Shown: piece by piece, positions 53,532-61,999 of the stretch
Numbering within the stretch: the stretch's first letter is position 1
Layout: each line of letters starts with the position of its first letter
Origin: a virus
Taxonomy: Duplodnaviria; Caudoviricetes
IMG/VR virus record: IMGVR_UViG_3300010413_000031
Location: 1-61,999 of that record
DNA: 61,999 nucleotides
Reading direction: 5' to 3' (one strand)
Position numbers and translations under genes: made by a program
Notes under the pieces: model-generated
The model's database searches: none
Told to the model about the DNA's origin: nothing
What the model saw: only the letters and a program-made list of their open reading frames with translations

Positions 53532-54131
53532 ATGCCTGATTGGCCACCAAAGGTCTACCCAGACCACTTCTATTGGAGCTGGGACACGGCGAAGCGCAGG
53601 ATCAACGAGGAGATCGTTGGGCCTGCCCGTCGACTGCTGTCCCGAGGTTCTACCAGCCCGTCTATTCAGGAGGCACTGGCTAATCCCAGCCCGGCAGTCT
53701 CTACGGCAGTGGGCAATCAGCCCGGCTCCAACTACGAACTGTACCGCAGGCAGGCTCCAAGTGATATAGAGGCTATCGGAGGTATGGTCGGTCGGGAGGT
53801 TGTCCGACCTGCCAGTGATATCCTGGGCAAGCTGTGGCGCGGAGACCCCGTTCTCCCGAGGAGGGAGCCGGGAACCCAGCCCACTAGCGGGCAGATTATG
53901 TGGCATGCTCTCAAGACACGTCCGGTGCAGATGGGATCCAAATTGATGGTGGCTGGCACACCCTTTAGGAACACGGTCATTCCTATCCCTCTAGGCGGAG
54001 GGGTGGTTAGTCGCAAGACGCCTATCCAGCGTGTCATGACTGAAATGGACATTGCTGAAGAGAACATGACGGCTAGGGAGAAGGAAGCGGAGTTGCTCAG
54101 GCAGTTCCGCGCGCGGCAGGAGAGGATGTAA
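53532..54131 (+). CDS. Hypothetical protein
   Basis: GGAGGT RBS. Confidence 0.55.
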   Translation: MPDWPPKVYPDHFYWSWDTAKRRINEEIVGPARRLLSRGSTSPSIQEALANPSPAVSTAVGNQPGSNYELYRRQAPSDIEAIGGMVGREVVRPASDILGKLWRGDPVLPRREPGTQPTSGQIMWHALKTRPVQMGSKLMVAGTPFRNTVIPIPLGGGVVSRKTPIQRVMTEMDIAEENMTAREKEAELLRQFRARQERM

Positions 54132-54688
54132 TGTCCAACGGCAAGCCACAGGATCCGATCAGGGCTGCCATGGAGGTCCCTATCGCAACCCTCCGTGAGA
54201 TGAAGCATAAGCCCAAGCCCGAACTGGCGGATTCGCTGCGCGTCCCCTTCGTGCGCGATACACTGGAGATGCTGGTAGGGAAGCCCCAGGCCTACGTGAT
54301 GCTACCTGATGACGTGGGCACAGTTGATCCTGAGACCGGCAATGCCTATCAGATCTACGGTCGTTACTACTATCCTCAGAACCCGGAGGGGCTGCAGGAC
54401 ATTATTGCGATTTCTTCCAGCACGATCCCCCCTGAGGGCCGGTTCTCGTTCCGTAACACTATCGCCCACGAGTTCGGCCACAAGTTTCTGGGCGACAGTG
54501 AGGACATGGCAGAAGAGTTCAGTCACATCATGAACGCGCTGAGTGCTACGCAGGACTTCACGCCGAAGCAGGCGCAGGGTATCTACAGGGCGCTACGGAA
54601 GCGTGGTAGCACCAGCCGCCATATTCTGGACGCAGTGCTGGCCAATGACTTCTACGCAGAACACCCGATGAGGAAGGGGAACAAGTAA
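54131..54688 (+). CDS. Zincin metallopeptidase-like protein
   Basis: TIAHEFGH...SEDMAE. Confidence 0.65.
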   Translation: MSNGKPQDPIRAAMEVPIATLREMKHKPKPELADSLRVPFVRDTLEMLVGKPQAYVMLPDDVGTVDPETGNAYQIYGRYYYPQNPEGLQDIIAISSSTIPPEGRFSFRNTIAHEFGHKFLGDSEDMAEEFSHIMNALSATQDFTPKQAQGIYRALRKRGSTSRHILDAVLANDFYAEHPMRKGNK

Positions 54689-55122
54689 TGAACGAACTGC
54701 TGATTGTAGCTATAGCTGCGATGATCTTTGTTGGGCTGCTGTACTGGTACGTACGTACGCACCCTCTCTATACTGAAGACGATTGCCCCGACATCTCTTT
54801 CCCTGACGATGTCTGGGAGGACGTGCCGGAGGAGCCGGAAGAGGTAGAGCCTGAGAAGGAGCGCGGGAAGTCGGAGCCCAAGGGTAAGGCCCTGGGCCAC
54901 GAGAAGATGCCTCCAGGCCAGGAGAAGAAGGAGGATGAGGATATGCCCATCAGGAAGGTAAAGGGTGGCTACAAGTGGGGTGGCCATGGCAAGGTCTATA
55001 AGTCCCGGAAGGGCGCGGAGAAGCAGGCGGCAGCTGCTCATGCCTCCGGCTATAAGAGCGATGGAAGCAAGAGTCACAGTCGGAAGGGCAAGGCCAAGGC
55101 ACCCAAGAAGAAGGGCAAGTAG
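54688..55122 (+). CDS. Membrane-anchored protein in frame with a small basic phage domain (internal start 54943)
   Basis: N-terminal TM, acidic linker, then MPIRKVKGGYKWG with its own GAGG RBS. Confidence 0.55.
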   Translation: MNELLIVAIAAMIFVGLLYWYVRTHPLYTEDDCPDISFPDDVWEDVPEEPEEVEPEKERGKSEPKGKALGHEKMPPGQEKKEDEDMPIRKVKGGYKWGGHGKVYKSRKGAEKQAAAAHASGYKSDGSKSHSRKGKAKAPKKKGK

Positions 55123-55124
55123 CG

Positions 55125-55220
55125 ATGAAGACTATCTTGATGGCGGTAGTCACGGTCCTCCTCCTGCTAGGCTGGGTAGCTTTCAGGGTGATCCAGTGGA
55201 TCAAGAGGACTAAGGACTAG
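55125..55220 (+). CDS. Small membrane peptide
   Basis: 31 aa hydrophobic ORF filling the gap. Confidence 0.4.
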   Translation: MKTILMAVVTVLLLLGWVAFRVIQWIKRTKD

Positions 55221-55224
55221 GGCG

Positions 55225-56376
55225 ATGCCCAACGGCAAGAAGAAGGAAGAGGATCCTATCAAGGAGGCGCTGAGGAATGCGGCTCCAGCTGATGTAGCGG
55301 TAGCTTACCTGCCGGTGCAGCGGGAGAGGACTATCCTTCAGCCGTTCACTCCAGAGCGCCGGGCTTCCATTCGTTCTCTGTCTGAGGCAGAGGCTGCTAA
55401 GCTCGGACTCGGCCAGAGGAATCTGGCGGAGGTGGTCTATGGGCTGAAGCCGGGGCAGGCACCGCCCCACCCAATTGTTGAGGCCCTTGCTAGCATAGAC
55501 CCAATCGAGTTTGTAGATGCTCCTGTAGCAGCCGGGGTTGCCGCGTTCCGCCGAGGAAGGAAGGTCAAGAGCCTGGTCAAGGAGTATGCTGACGATGTTT
55601 CTAATCAGATCGCATCAGCTCGTCATGTTAGAAACGCCGGTTACTCTCCTACGCCCCAGCAGGTTGAGAATCCTATCCGTCTGGCCATCCTTCAGCAGGC
55701 GCGTAGGGAGGCTGAGCCACTGATTCGGCGTCAGTACAGGCGCGAGAACAGGGGTGAGTACCTAAGGCGTCTGTTCCTTAGGAAAGATAGGCCTGCTGAC
55801 TACAGCGGTTGGAGGGATCCTGTAGTTCCGTGGGATTACATGGATCGGAAGCAGGAAGAGATAGCCAGGGCGCTTACAGAAGCAATGGATGCAGGTGACC
55901 CTCGCGTCTTGGGCAGGTACCTTGAAGGATCACAGCATATAGAGGACTTTCCTGCTTACTACGATAGATGGGCTAAGGATCTAGATCTTGATGCGTGGCG
56001 GTCTGCGGAGAGGCAGAAGATTATTAAGCAGGCCCTTGGCGCACAGACGCCACACGGCACGCCGAATAGAGCAGACCTCAGGTGGGCTACGGAGACAGCG
56101 GATGAGTTGCTGGTTCCTCTAGAGCGCCTGAGCATAATACGGGGGAAGAGCTACCGTAAGGTTGGGGGAGCTGCGTTTGCCAACATGGTACCCGACCTTA
56201 TGACTGAGGACGAGGTGTATAAGATAAAAAGGGCCTTGACAGCTCGTGTGCAGGGTCAGGGCAGGAACGGGCCTGTAAATCCGGAGATGCCCTGGGATCA
56301 GTTCATTAAGAAGGTAGGCAGCAGTCAGCTAGATAAGCTGGCACGAGCAGCAGCTATGGTACGACTAGGAGGATAG
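55225..56376 (+). CDS. Hypothetical protein (possible internal virion protein)
   Basis: 383 aa; N-terminus MPNGKKKEEDPIKEAL resembles that of ORF 54131 (MSNGKPQDPIRAAM). Confidence 0.55.
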   Translation: MPNGKKKEEDPIKEALRNAAPADVAVAYLPVQRERTILQPFTPERRASIRSLSEAEAAKLGLGQRNLAEVVYGLKPGQAPPHPIVEALASIDPIEFVDAPVAAGVAAFRRGRKVKSLVKEYADDVSNQIASARHVRNAGYSPTPQQVENPIRLAILQQARREAEPLIRRQYRRENRGEYLRRLFLRKDRPADYSGWRDPVVPWDYMDRKQEEIARALTEAMDAGDPRVLGRYLEGSQHIEDFPAYYDRWAKDLDLDAWRSAERQKIIKQALGAQTPHGTPNRADLRWATETADELLVPLERLSIIRGKSYRKVGGAAFANMVPDLMTEDEVYKIKRALTARVQGQGRNGPVNPEMPWDQFIKKVGSSQLDKLARAAAMVRLGG

Positions 56377-56377
56377 A

Positions 56378-56956
56378 ATGCGGATCACATTCGGACACGA
56401 CGGGTGCAGGAGGGAGATCCCACCCGCGTTCAAGCACAGGTTGGAAGAGTTTAACAGGCACAGGCGCCACCCCGTCTACCTGATCTGGAATCCCAGGGCC
56501 AAAACTATAGTCCCCCACGCGTGGGTCAAGGCTACAGGCCAGTTCCAGAGGGGCGAGTACGAGGGCCGCTGGGAGGTATGGGTAGGGCATGACGAATCCC
56601 GGCATCCTGGCCGCACTCGCATACGCGATAAGGACAGGCGTCTGCTCCCTGGGGGTATAGAGGCCATCAAACTGATGGACTACGAGTGGTCTGATGGCTC
56701 CTATGCCGACCCCTTTAATGAGAACTTCCTGCGCGTCATGCACCTGGCCGACAGCTGGACATCCGAGTCCAGGCACTCCGGCCCGCAGGCACAGCTCAAC
56801 GACCTCATGCTGTATGAGGCCATGCAAGATGATGCCTTGAAGAAGGATATGCTGGCCATTGCTTCAGGCACCATGGAGTATTATCGTCGGTATGACAACC
56901 CGGTAGTCGGACCAGGATCTAAGGGAGATTGGCGCTGGCGGCTACCCCACAGGTAA
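56378..56956 (+). CDS. Hypothetical structural-region protein
   Basis: AGGAGG RBS. Confidence 0.6.
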   Translation: MRITFGHDGCRREIPPAFKHRLEEFNRHRRHPVYLIWNPRAKTIVPHAWVKATGQFQRGEYEGRWEVWVGHDESRHPGRTRIRDKDRRLLPGGIEAIKLMDYEWSDGSYADPFNENFLRVMHLADSWTSESRHSGPQAQLNDLMLYEAMQDDALKKDMLAIASGTMEYYRRYDNPVVGPGSKGDWRWRLPHR

Positions 56957-56968
56957 GGAGAGAGCATC

Positions 56969-57262
56969 ATGGTTAAGTACGCCATCAAGCGGGACAAGGA
57001 CGGCAGGCGTATAGGGATAGGCGCGGCAGACAAACCGATGGGCAAGCCTGTAGAGGTGAAGAAGCCCAACGGTCCCACGCTTCCCGGCGCCCAGCAGGTA
57101 GTGTTTCAGTGTGTTGCGTGCGAGGTCGATGGTAAGAACACGGCACCCCGGTTCAAGCTGAAGGCTATCCTCGCCAACCACTTCAAGAAGGTCCACCAGA
57201 GTCTCTATCTGGATAGGGACACCTGGAAGAACTACGTACGGGAGATCGTACTAGAGGACTAA
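56969..57262 (+). CDS. C2H2 zinc-finger-like protein
   Basis: FQCVAC...LANHFKKVH. Confidence 0.55.
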   Translation: MVKYAIKRDKDGRRIGIGAADKPMGKPVEVKKPNGPTLPGAQQVVFQCVACEVDGKNTAPRFKLKAILANHFKKVHQSLYLDRDTWKNYVREIVLED

Positions 57263-57265
57263 GTC

Positions 57266-57973
57266 ATGGCAATCACAGCTTCGGACGTTCTAGACACCGC
57301 TAAGCTCCTGGCTCATCCCTATGCCCAGGGGCCCTACCCGGTCGCCACTATGCAGCTGGTGAGTCAGCTCTCCAGCCTGGACCGGGAGATCGCAATGGAC
57401 ATAGCGAAGGTAGCCCCTGAGTTGCTGGCACAGAACGCCAGCGCCGACATCACGATAGTCAAGAGCAGCAATGCGGCTGGCTATTCCCTAGAGAGTGGGG
57501 CCATGCGCTACTTCGACTTCACTTACGTGGCGGATGACAGCGAGTACCATAGGAACATTAGAATGGTTCCGTTGGGCCAGTTTGATCAGGCCCCCGGTCA
57601 CCCGGCCGCCACGGTGCAAGGCGACAAGTTCTATCCGTGCGATCCATTGAATAGGCGATGGAGCGGGCAGGACGACCGAACCTTCTTCAACGGGGACGGG
57701 GAGGTCGTGCGCTATCGCTTTGTCGCTGTTCCGGCGGCACTTACTGGCCCCACATCCAGTCTGACGAGCCCCGACTTCGCCCGTCCTTACTTCGAGCAGG
57801 CGCTGGTGGTGACGCTGTTGATGCTGAACAGCGCTCCGGCACCGATGCTCCAGACGGCTATGCTGCGTGAGCAGATTCTGCGCAGGCAGCTGGGCCTGAA
57901 CATCTACAACTACGCCCAGAAGAACTCCTCTTGGGGACAGTCTGGTGAGATGGATTACTGGAGGTATTACTAA
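57266..57973 (+). CDS. Head-tail adaptor-like protein
   Basis: N-terminal TASDVLDTAK helix; position. Confidence 0.55.
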   Translation: MAITASDVLDTAKLLAHPYAQGPYPVATMQLVSQLSSLDREIAMDIAKVAPELLAQNASADITIVKSSNAAGYSLESGAMRYFDFTYVADDSEYHRNIRMVPLGQFDQAPGHPAATVQGDKFYPCDPLNRRWSGQDDRTFFNGDGEVVRYRFVAVPAALTGPTSSLTSPDFARPYFEQALVVTLLMLNSAPAPMLQTAMLREQILRRQLGLNIYNYAQKNSSWGQSGEMDYWRYY

Positions 57974-58671
57974 TGGCTACCACGCAGGATATCATTGACC
58001 GCGCTATGGCTCGTAGTGAGCAGAATGAGAGCGGTCTGATCTCCACTGCCGACATGGTGGACATCGTTAGTGATGCCCAGAAGACAGTGTACATGCTGGC
58101 GGCTCAGGAGGCTCCCAACTTCTTCGGCCAGGACGGCAGCACTTCCGTGCGCAGCACCTACACGGCCGACTGGGATATCAGTAACCTGAGGGCGGGCGTG
58201 ATCACGCGTGTGGAGATCAAGACCATTACGGGGGCTGTTACCGGCCTAGCCGCAGGTGACAAGATCAACCTGATTGACTTGCGGTTCCCCGAGCTGGAGG
58301 TTGCTCCTCGCGCGCATATCCGCAACCAGAAGATCAAGGGGTACGGTACGGACCTGGGAGCCGCAGACGCGAACATGGTCACACAGTTGACTATCTACTA
58401 TAGCTACGTTCCGGGCAGCCTGACAGATGAGAACTCCATCATTTCCCTGCCCGAGCGGTGGATCGAGATGCTCGTTCTGCCTCTGGCCAGGAAGCTTGCT
58501 GTAGCTGACGGCGGCCGACAGCCTGAGGTCCAGGCTTACGAGGCTGAAATGGCCACGGAGACAGCCAGGTTCATCGCAGCCATCAGCACTTACGATTACA
58601 CGGCCGTACGCCCGGCTACAGCGCGCAGCCCGCTCCAGATACTGGGCATTCCGAAGCCGGAGGGTGAGTAA
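57973..58671 (+). CDS. Head-tail adaptor-like protein
   Basis: TTQDIIDRAMARS...LTIYYSYVPGSL...LPERW pattern. Confidence 0.6.
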   Translation: MATTQDIIDRAMARSEQNESGLISTADMVDIVSDAQKTVYMLAAQEAPNFFGQDGSTSVRSTYTADWDISNLRAGVITRVEIKTITGAVTGLAAGDKINLIDLRFPELEVAPRAHIRNQKIKGYGTDLGAADANMVTQLTIYYSYVPGSLTDENSIISLPERWIEMLVLPLARKLAVADGGRQPEVQAYEAEMATETARFIAAISTYDYTAVRPATARSPLQILGIPKPEGE

Positions 58672-60848
58672 TGGTAAACCCTGTCTGGCAGAGCTTCCCG
58701 GTGGCTATCGCGCCTGGAGGCCTATCGCAGTCGAGGGCTATCCCCGAGCCTGGGGATATGATCGACCTGCACAACTTCGTCAACTTTAGGGGCCGCTGGG
58801 GTCTGAGGCCCGGAGCTGAGGACGAGGGCATCACGCTCACAACTAACGGTTCCACGGCAGTGGACCAGGTTCTGGACATCATAGACTTCAACGGAGAGTT
58901 CTGGATCGCTACCTTCGAAACCAGCGCTGGGACTCAGCTCCAGCGGTACACCAAGGCGGGCGTGCTCAGGGAGCGCGTGACGGTCTGGTCCGATAGTGCG
59001 GCTCCTCTCATCCAGATGGAGGTGATGGCGGCCAGTGATGGTACAGAGGTGGATACCAGCGAGCAGAGGCTCTATGTCACGGACTACCTGCAGAGTCAGA
59101 ACCATTGGAGCCGGTATGTGGTACCCGATCAGACAGACCCGTACGCCAGCACGATCACAGACCTACTCCTGGATCTGGATCTGGACAACGCAAGTCAGGC
59201 CCAGGAGCGGTGCTTCTTCCGTACGTTCAAGCAGTATCAGTACCACATGTGGGGGACTGGCTTCCACTATAGGAAGGCTACGGCGGGGGACATCATCCTC
59301 AGGGGTGAGATGCTTAGGTTCTCCCAGCCCGGTCTCCTGCCTGGTGTGGACGAGGACGAAGGCGATTACAGCCTCACACAGGACTGGTGGAAGACTGATT
59401 GGCGAGGTGTAGGCGCCAGGTACGACGACGTGATAGCTCTCAGCCAGAGCGCTGGAGGCATGGTCGTCGGCAAGAAGCGCGAGCTGTATGTCATATCTGG
59501 CTTCGACAGGGACAGCTGGGCTCTGGAGCAGCTCTCTCGCAAGGTGGGCATCATCGGTCCTAACGCGGCCGACTACACGGACGAGGGACTGTGCTTCTTC
59601 TGGTCCGAGAAGGGACCTTTGATGACGGATGCTCAGAGGGTCGTGGACCTGGGAGAGGACATCCGGGAGTACGTCAACCTGACCAGCACTGATGAAGCCT
59701 ACAGTGTGCAATACAGTCCGGATGATGGCCTGGTGTACTTCATAACGAGCGTGGCTGGCTCTACCGGCCCGGATCGCTTCTTCACTTTCGATGTGCAGCG
59801 TCAGAAGTGGGCCAGGGGCGAGTGGTGGCTGGGTTCCAGCACGCGTGTATTGGTGAACGTAATCAGAAGTGTGGGTGTGGATACGCTGCCCGGTCCCGCT
59901 AGCGCGCCAAGCAGCTTGGCTGTGCAGTCCAAGACCTACAACAGCGTGTTCCTGGAGTGGACGAACGGTGACACGGCCATCGGCACGACCACAGAGATCT
60001 GGGGCAAGCTGAACAGCGCTACCAGCGGTAACTGTGGTACGGTGCCTACAGGCTGGGCTATGATCGATAGCGTGGTCGCGGGTGTGGACGAGTACAATGC
60101 TACGGGTCTCAACAGCCGTAACTATCACTGCTTTGCCGTGCGCCACCTGCGTAACGGTCAGTACAGCAGCTGGTCCAACCAGCTCAGTGACACGCAGACG
60201 GATCTGGCTCCGCCTAACTCTCTGGCCTGCGAGGCCAAGAGTGATGGCATCACGCTCAACTGGGTCAATGTAGAGAGTACGGGCAACGTGCAGATCCAGA
60301 GGCGGGCTCTACCTAGTGGCAGCTTTGGTGACCTGGACAACCCCGCTAATGGTGGTGCGGGAGCCCAGCAGTACAATGATACGACCTGCACATGCAGCAC
60401 CGAGTATGAGTATAGGGTCAGGGCTGAGGAGGCCAGCTGGGATGACAGCGACTGGTCCAATACGGACAGCAAGGAGTGCTGCCTAAGCCCGATCAGCATC
60501 AGTCTGTGCGAGCACGATCTGACTGCTCTCACAGCCTACTGCCCAGATCCGAATAACGTGCAGATCGACTTTACGATCAGCGGTGCGCAGCCAGGCGATA
60601 CATACAAGGTGTGGCGCTCGCTAGAGGCAAGTTCTGGGAGTCCGAGCTACGATGACCAGCGTGACTATGGTTCCGCCTCGAACGGCAGCAACACTGTCTA
60701 TGATACGTTCGGTGCTATCACAGGCAGCGACACCCGCTACCTCCAGTACAAGATCGAGGTCTATGATGGAGGGGTCACGCTGGTAGACAGCTGCGAGACT
60801 ACGGAAGAGACCATAAGTATCGACAGTACGGCCAACTGCCCGGAGTAA
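58671..60848 (+). CDS. Tail nozzle/stabilisation (P22 gp10-like propeller) protein with C-terminal FN3 domains
   Basis: GGLSQS, LRFSQPG, KVGIIGPNA, FFWSEKG; PSSLAV...LEWTN...YSSWSN FN3 signatures. Confidence 0.7.
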   Translation: MVNPVWQSFPVAIAPGGLSQSRAIPEPGDMIDLHNFVNFRGRWGLRPGAEDEGITLTTNGSTAVDQVLDIIDFNGEFWIATFETSAGTQLQRYTKAGVLRERVTVWSDSAAPLIQMEVMAASDGTEVDTSEQRLYVTDYLQSQNHWSRYVVPDQTDPYASTITDLLLDLDLDNASQAQERCFFRTFKQYQYHMWGTGFHYRKATAGDIILRGEMLRFSQPGLLPGVDEDEGDYSLTQDWWKTDWRGVGARYDDVIALSQSAGGMVVGKKRELYVISGFDRDSWALEQLSRKVGIIGPNAADYTDEGLCFFWSEKGPLMTDAQRVVDLGEDIREYVNLTSTDEAYSVQYSPDDGLVYFITSVAGSTGPDRFFTFDVQRQKWARGEWWLGSSTRVLVNVIRSVGVDTLPGPASAPSSLAVQSKTYNSVFLEWTNGDTAIGTTTEIWGKLNSATSGNCGTVPTGWAMIDSVVAGVDEYNATGLNSRNYHCFAVRHLRNGQYSSWSNQLSDTQTDLAPPNSLACEAKSDGITLNWVNVESTGNVQIQRRALPSGSFGDLDNPANGGAGAQQYNDTTCTCSTEYEYRVRAEEASWDDSDWSNTDSKECCLSPISISLCEHDLTALTAYCPDPNNVQIDFTISGAQPGDTYKVWRSLEASSGSPSYDDQRDYGSASNGSNTVYDTFGAITGSDTRYLQYKIEVYDGGVTLVDSCETTEETISIDSTANCPE

Positions 60849-60851
60849 GCT

Positions 60852-61319
60852 ATGCCGAACCCACTGTACATCTGCCCATCGAACACGAACAAGATCTTCC
60901 GTGTGGGAAGGATCGGGTTCGATACGGCTACCCAGGACCCCAACTCCACCGACTTCACCGGAGAGCTGACGACGGAGAGGCAGAGCCCCGCTGGTGAGAC
61001 GGGAGAGGTCCTGTACAGGGGAGCCGTACTGCGTGTTCTGCTAAGTGGAAGCTATACCTTCGTGGTACGCTTCTACGTGGACGGGGTGCAGACCGTGGAC
61101 GGCGAGGGGGACGACCAGAGCATTTCCTTCACAGGCTCGGGGAAGCCCCTGGGCGAGTACCTCTTCGAGTGCGCTTTTCGGGCTAAGGGAACCTACGTCC
61201 AGCTGGAGATAGAGTTGACGGCCAGCGACGTGGATGGGGTATTCCTCCCCGAGAGTGCTCAGGTCTTCTACATGCCGCTGAGTACCGCTAAGAGGACACC
61301 CACAGTTGAGGTGGCCTAA
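60852..61319 (+). CDS. Tail protein (possibly the C-terminal domain of the nozzle as a separate gene)
   Basis: Beta-rich; RFYVDG, KGTYVQLEI. Confidence 0.5.
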   Translation: MPNPLYICPSNTNKIFRVGRIGFDTATQDPNSTDFTGELTTERQSPAGETGEVLYRGAVLRVLLSGSYTFVVRFYVDGVQTVDGEGDDQSISFTGSGKPLGEYLFECAFRAKGTYVQLEIELTASDVDGVFLPESAQVFYMPLSTAKRTPTVEVA

Positions 61320-61999
61320 TGGGTACCTCCAGGTTTCCTGTATGGCCTAGGGGCATAGCCCACCCGCAGCTCCAGCGCTTCTTCGAGACCCTGCGCAAGA
61401 GGGTCTTCGAGCTGGAAGAGACTGTGCTGGCTGGCGGGGTCCCCTGGACTAGCCTCACGAACAACTATCTTCCCAAGTATGATAGTGGTGGGGACGAGCT
61501 GGTTGATTCCGTAGCCTATGAGGATACTGGTTGGATCACTACCCAGCAGATGCGGGTTGGCGGGGCAGTCCCTCGACTGGAGATATACGACTCTGACTAC
61601 AGCTTTTCTGATGCCAGGCGCTGGCGCTTCTACCAGACCGGAGCGCAGCTGCGCTGGGCGGCTGTCACCGAGGACCAGGCTACAGTCAGGGACTTCATGT
61701 CCATTGTCAGGCTGAGCGGCGATTACAGCTACCCCACACAGATCAAGTGGTACCCGACCAACTTCGCGTCCAGGACTGTACAGTTTACTATCGGTTCCAC
61801 CGGCCACCAGACTAGTGCCTTGCTGGAGGTTAACACTAACGGCAATAATGCTGGATTCGCCGTCTATAACAGCCATATCTACCTGCACAATGCTGGGTCC
61901 CCAACTGCTGCTAACATAATCCAGTGGGGTACGAGCACGGTCTTCGGCAAGATCGTTGGCAACTACCTGTCTGGTAACGGCCGTATGGAGTACTTCTCC
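61319..61999 (+). CDS. Tail fibre-like protein, 3'-truncated
   Basis: TAATG-coupled frame MGTSRFPVWPRG...TNNYLPKYD..., open to the window end. Confidence 0.6.
   Translation, partial: MGTSRFPVWPRGIAHPQLQRFFETLRKRVFELEETVLAGGVPWTSLTNNYLPKYDSGGDELVDSVAYEDTGWITTQQMRVGGAVPRLEIYDSDYSFSDARRWRFYQTGAQLRWAAVTEDQATVRDFMSIVRLSGDYSYPTQIKWYPTNFASRTVQFTIGSTGHQTSALLEVNTNGNNAGFAVYNSHIYLHNAGSPTAANIIQWGTSTVFGKIVGNYLSGNGRMEYFS

Noticed and set aside
1-61999. Integrase, primase or sigma factor genes
   Set aside because: None recognisable; they may lie outside the window or among the hypothetical proteins, so lifestyle is not called

Overview
Nearly complete, circularly permuted genome segment of a GC-rich tailed dsDNA bacteriophage (Caudoviricetes; podovirus-like gene order, no tail tube, sheath or tape measure seen). 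Almost all genes are on the + strand and use the standard code. Order: 5'-truncated giant (>2200 aa) virion/ejection-type protein; lysis cassette (holin-like, M15 endolysin, spanin-like); recombination module (Cas4/PD-(D/E)XK nuclease, AAA ATPase, SSB); a dense array of 25 tRNA genes covering all 20 amino acids (including Ile-UAU and Ser-AGA); an antisense GNAT; a split family A DNA polymerase (UDG + exonuclease + Zn-cluster part, an intervening gene, then the polymerase part); a RecA-family helicase; about 15 kb of small accessory genes; then virion accessory genes, TerL, portal, scaffold, major capsid, three paralogous decoration proteins, adaptors, nozzle and a 3'-truncated fibre. The most striking observations are: (i) eight copies of a 26-bp promoter-like element, AGGGGGG-TTGACN-N7-YANNTT, i.e. 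sigma70-like -35 and -10 boxes spaced by 7 bp, 10 bp (about one helical turn) less than the 16-18 bp promoters elsewhere in the same genome; (ii) a ~310-nt highly structured switch-like RNA starting exactly at the predicted start site of one of them; (iii) a candidate phage ubiquitin-like/E1 (ThiF) operon. All functional calls come from motif reading by eye; no database searches were run. Where start codons differ from the supplied ORF track they were chosen from RBS position.
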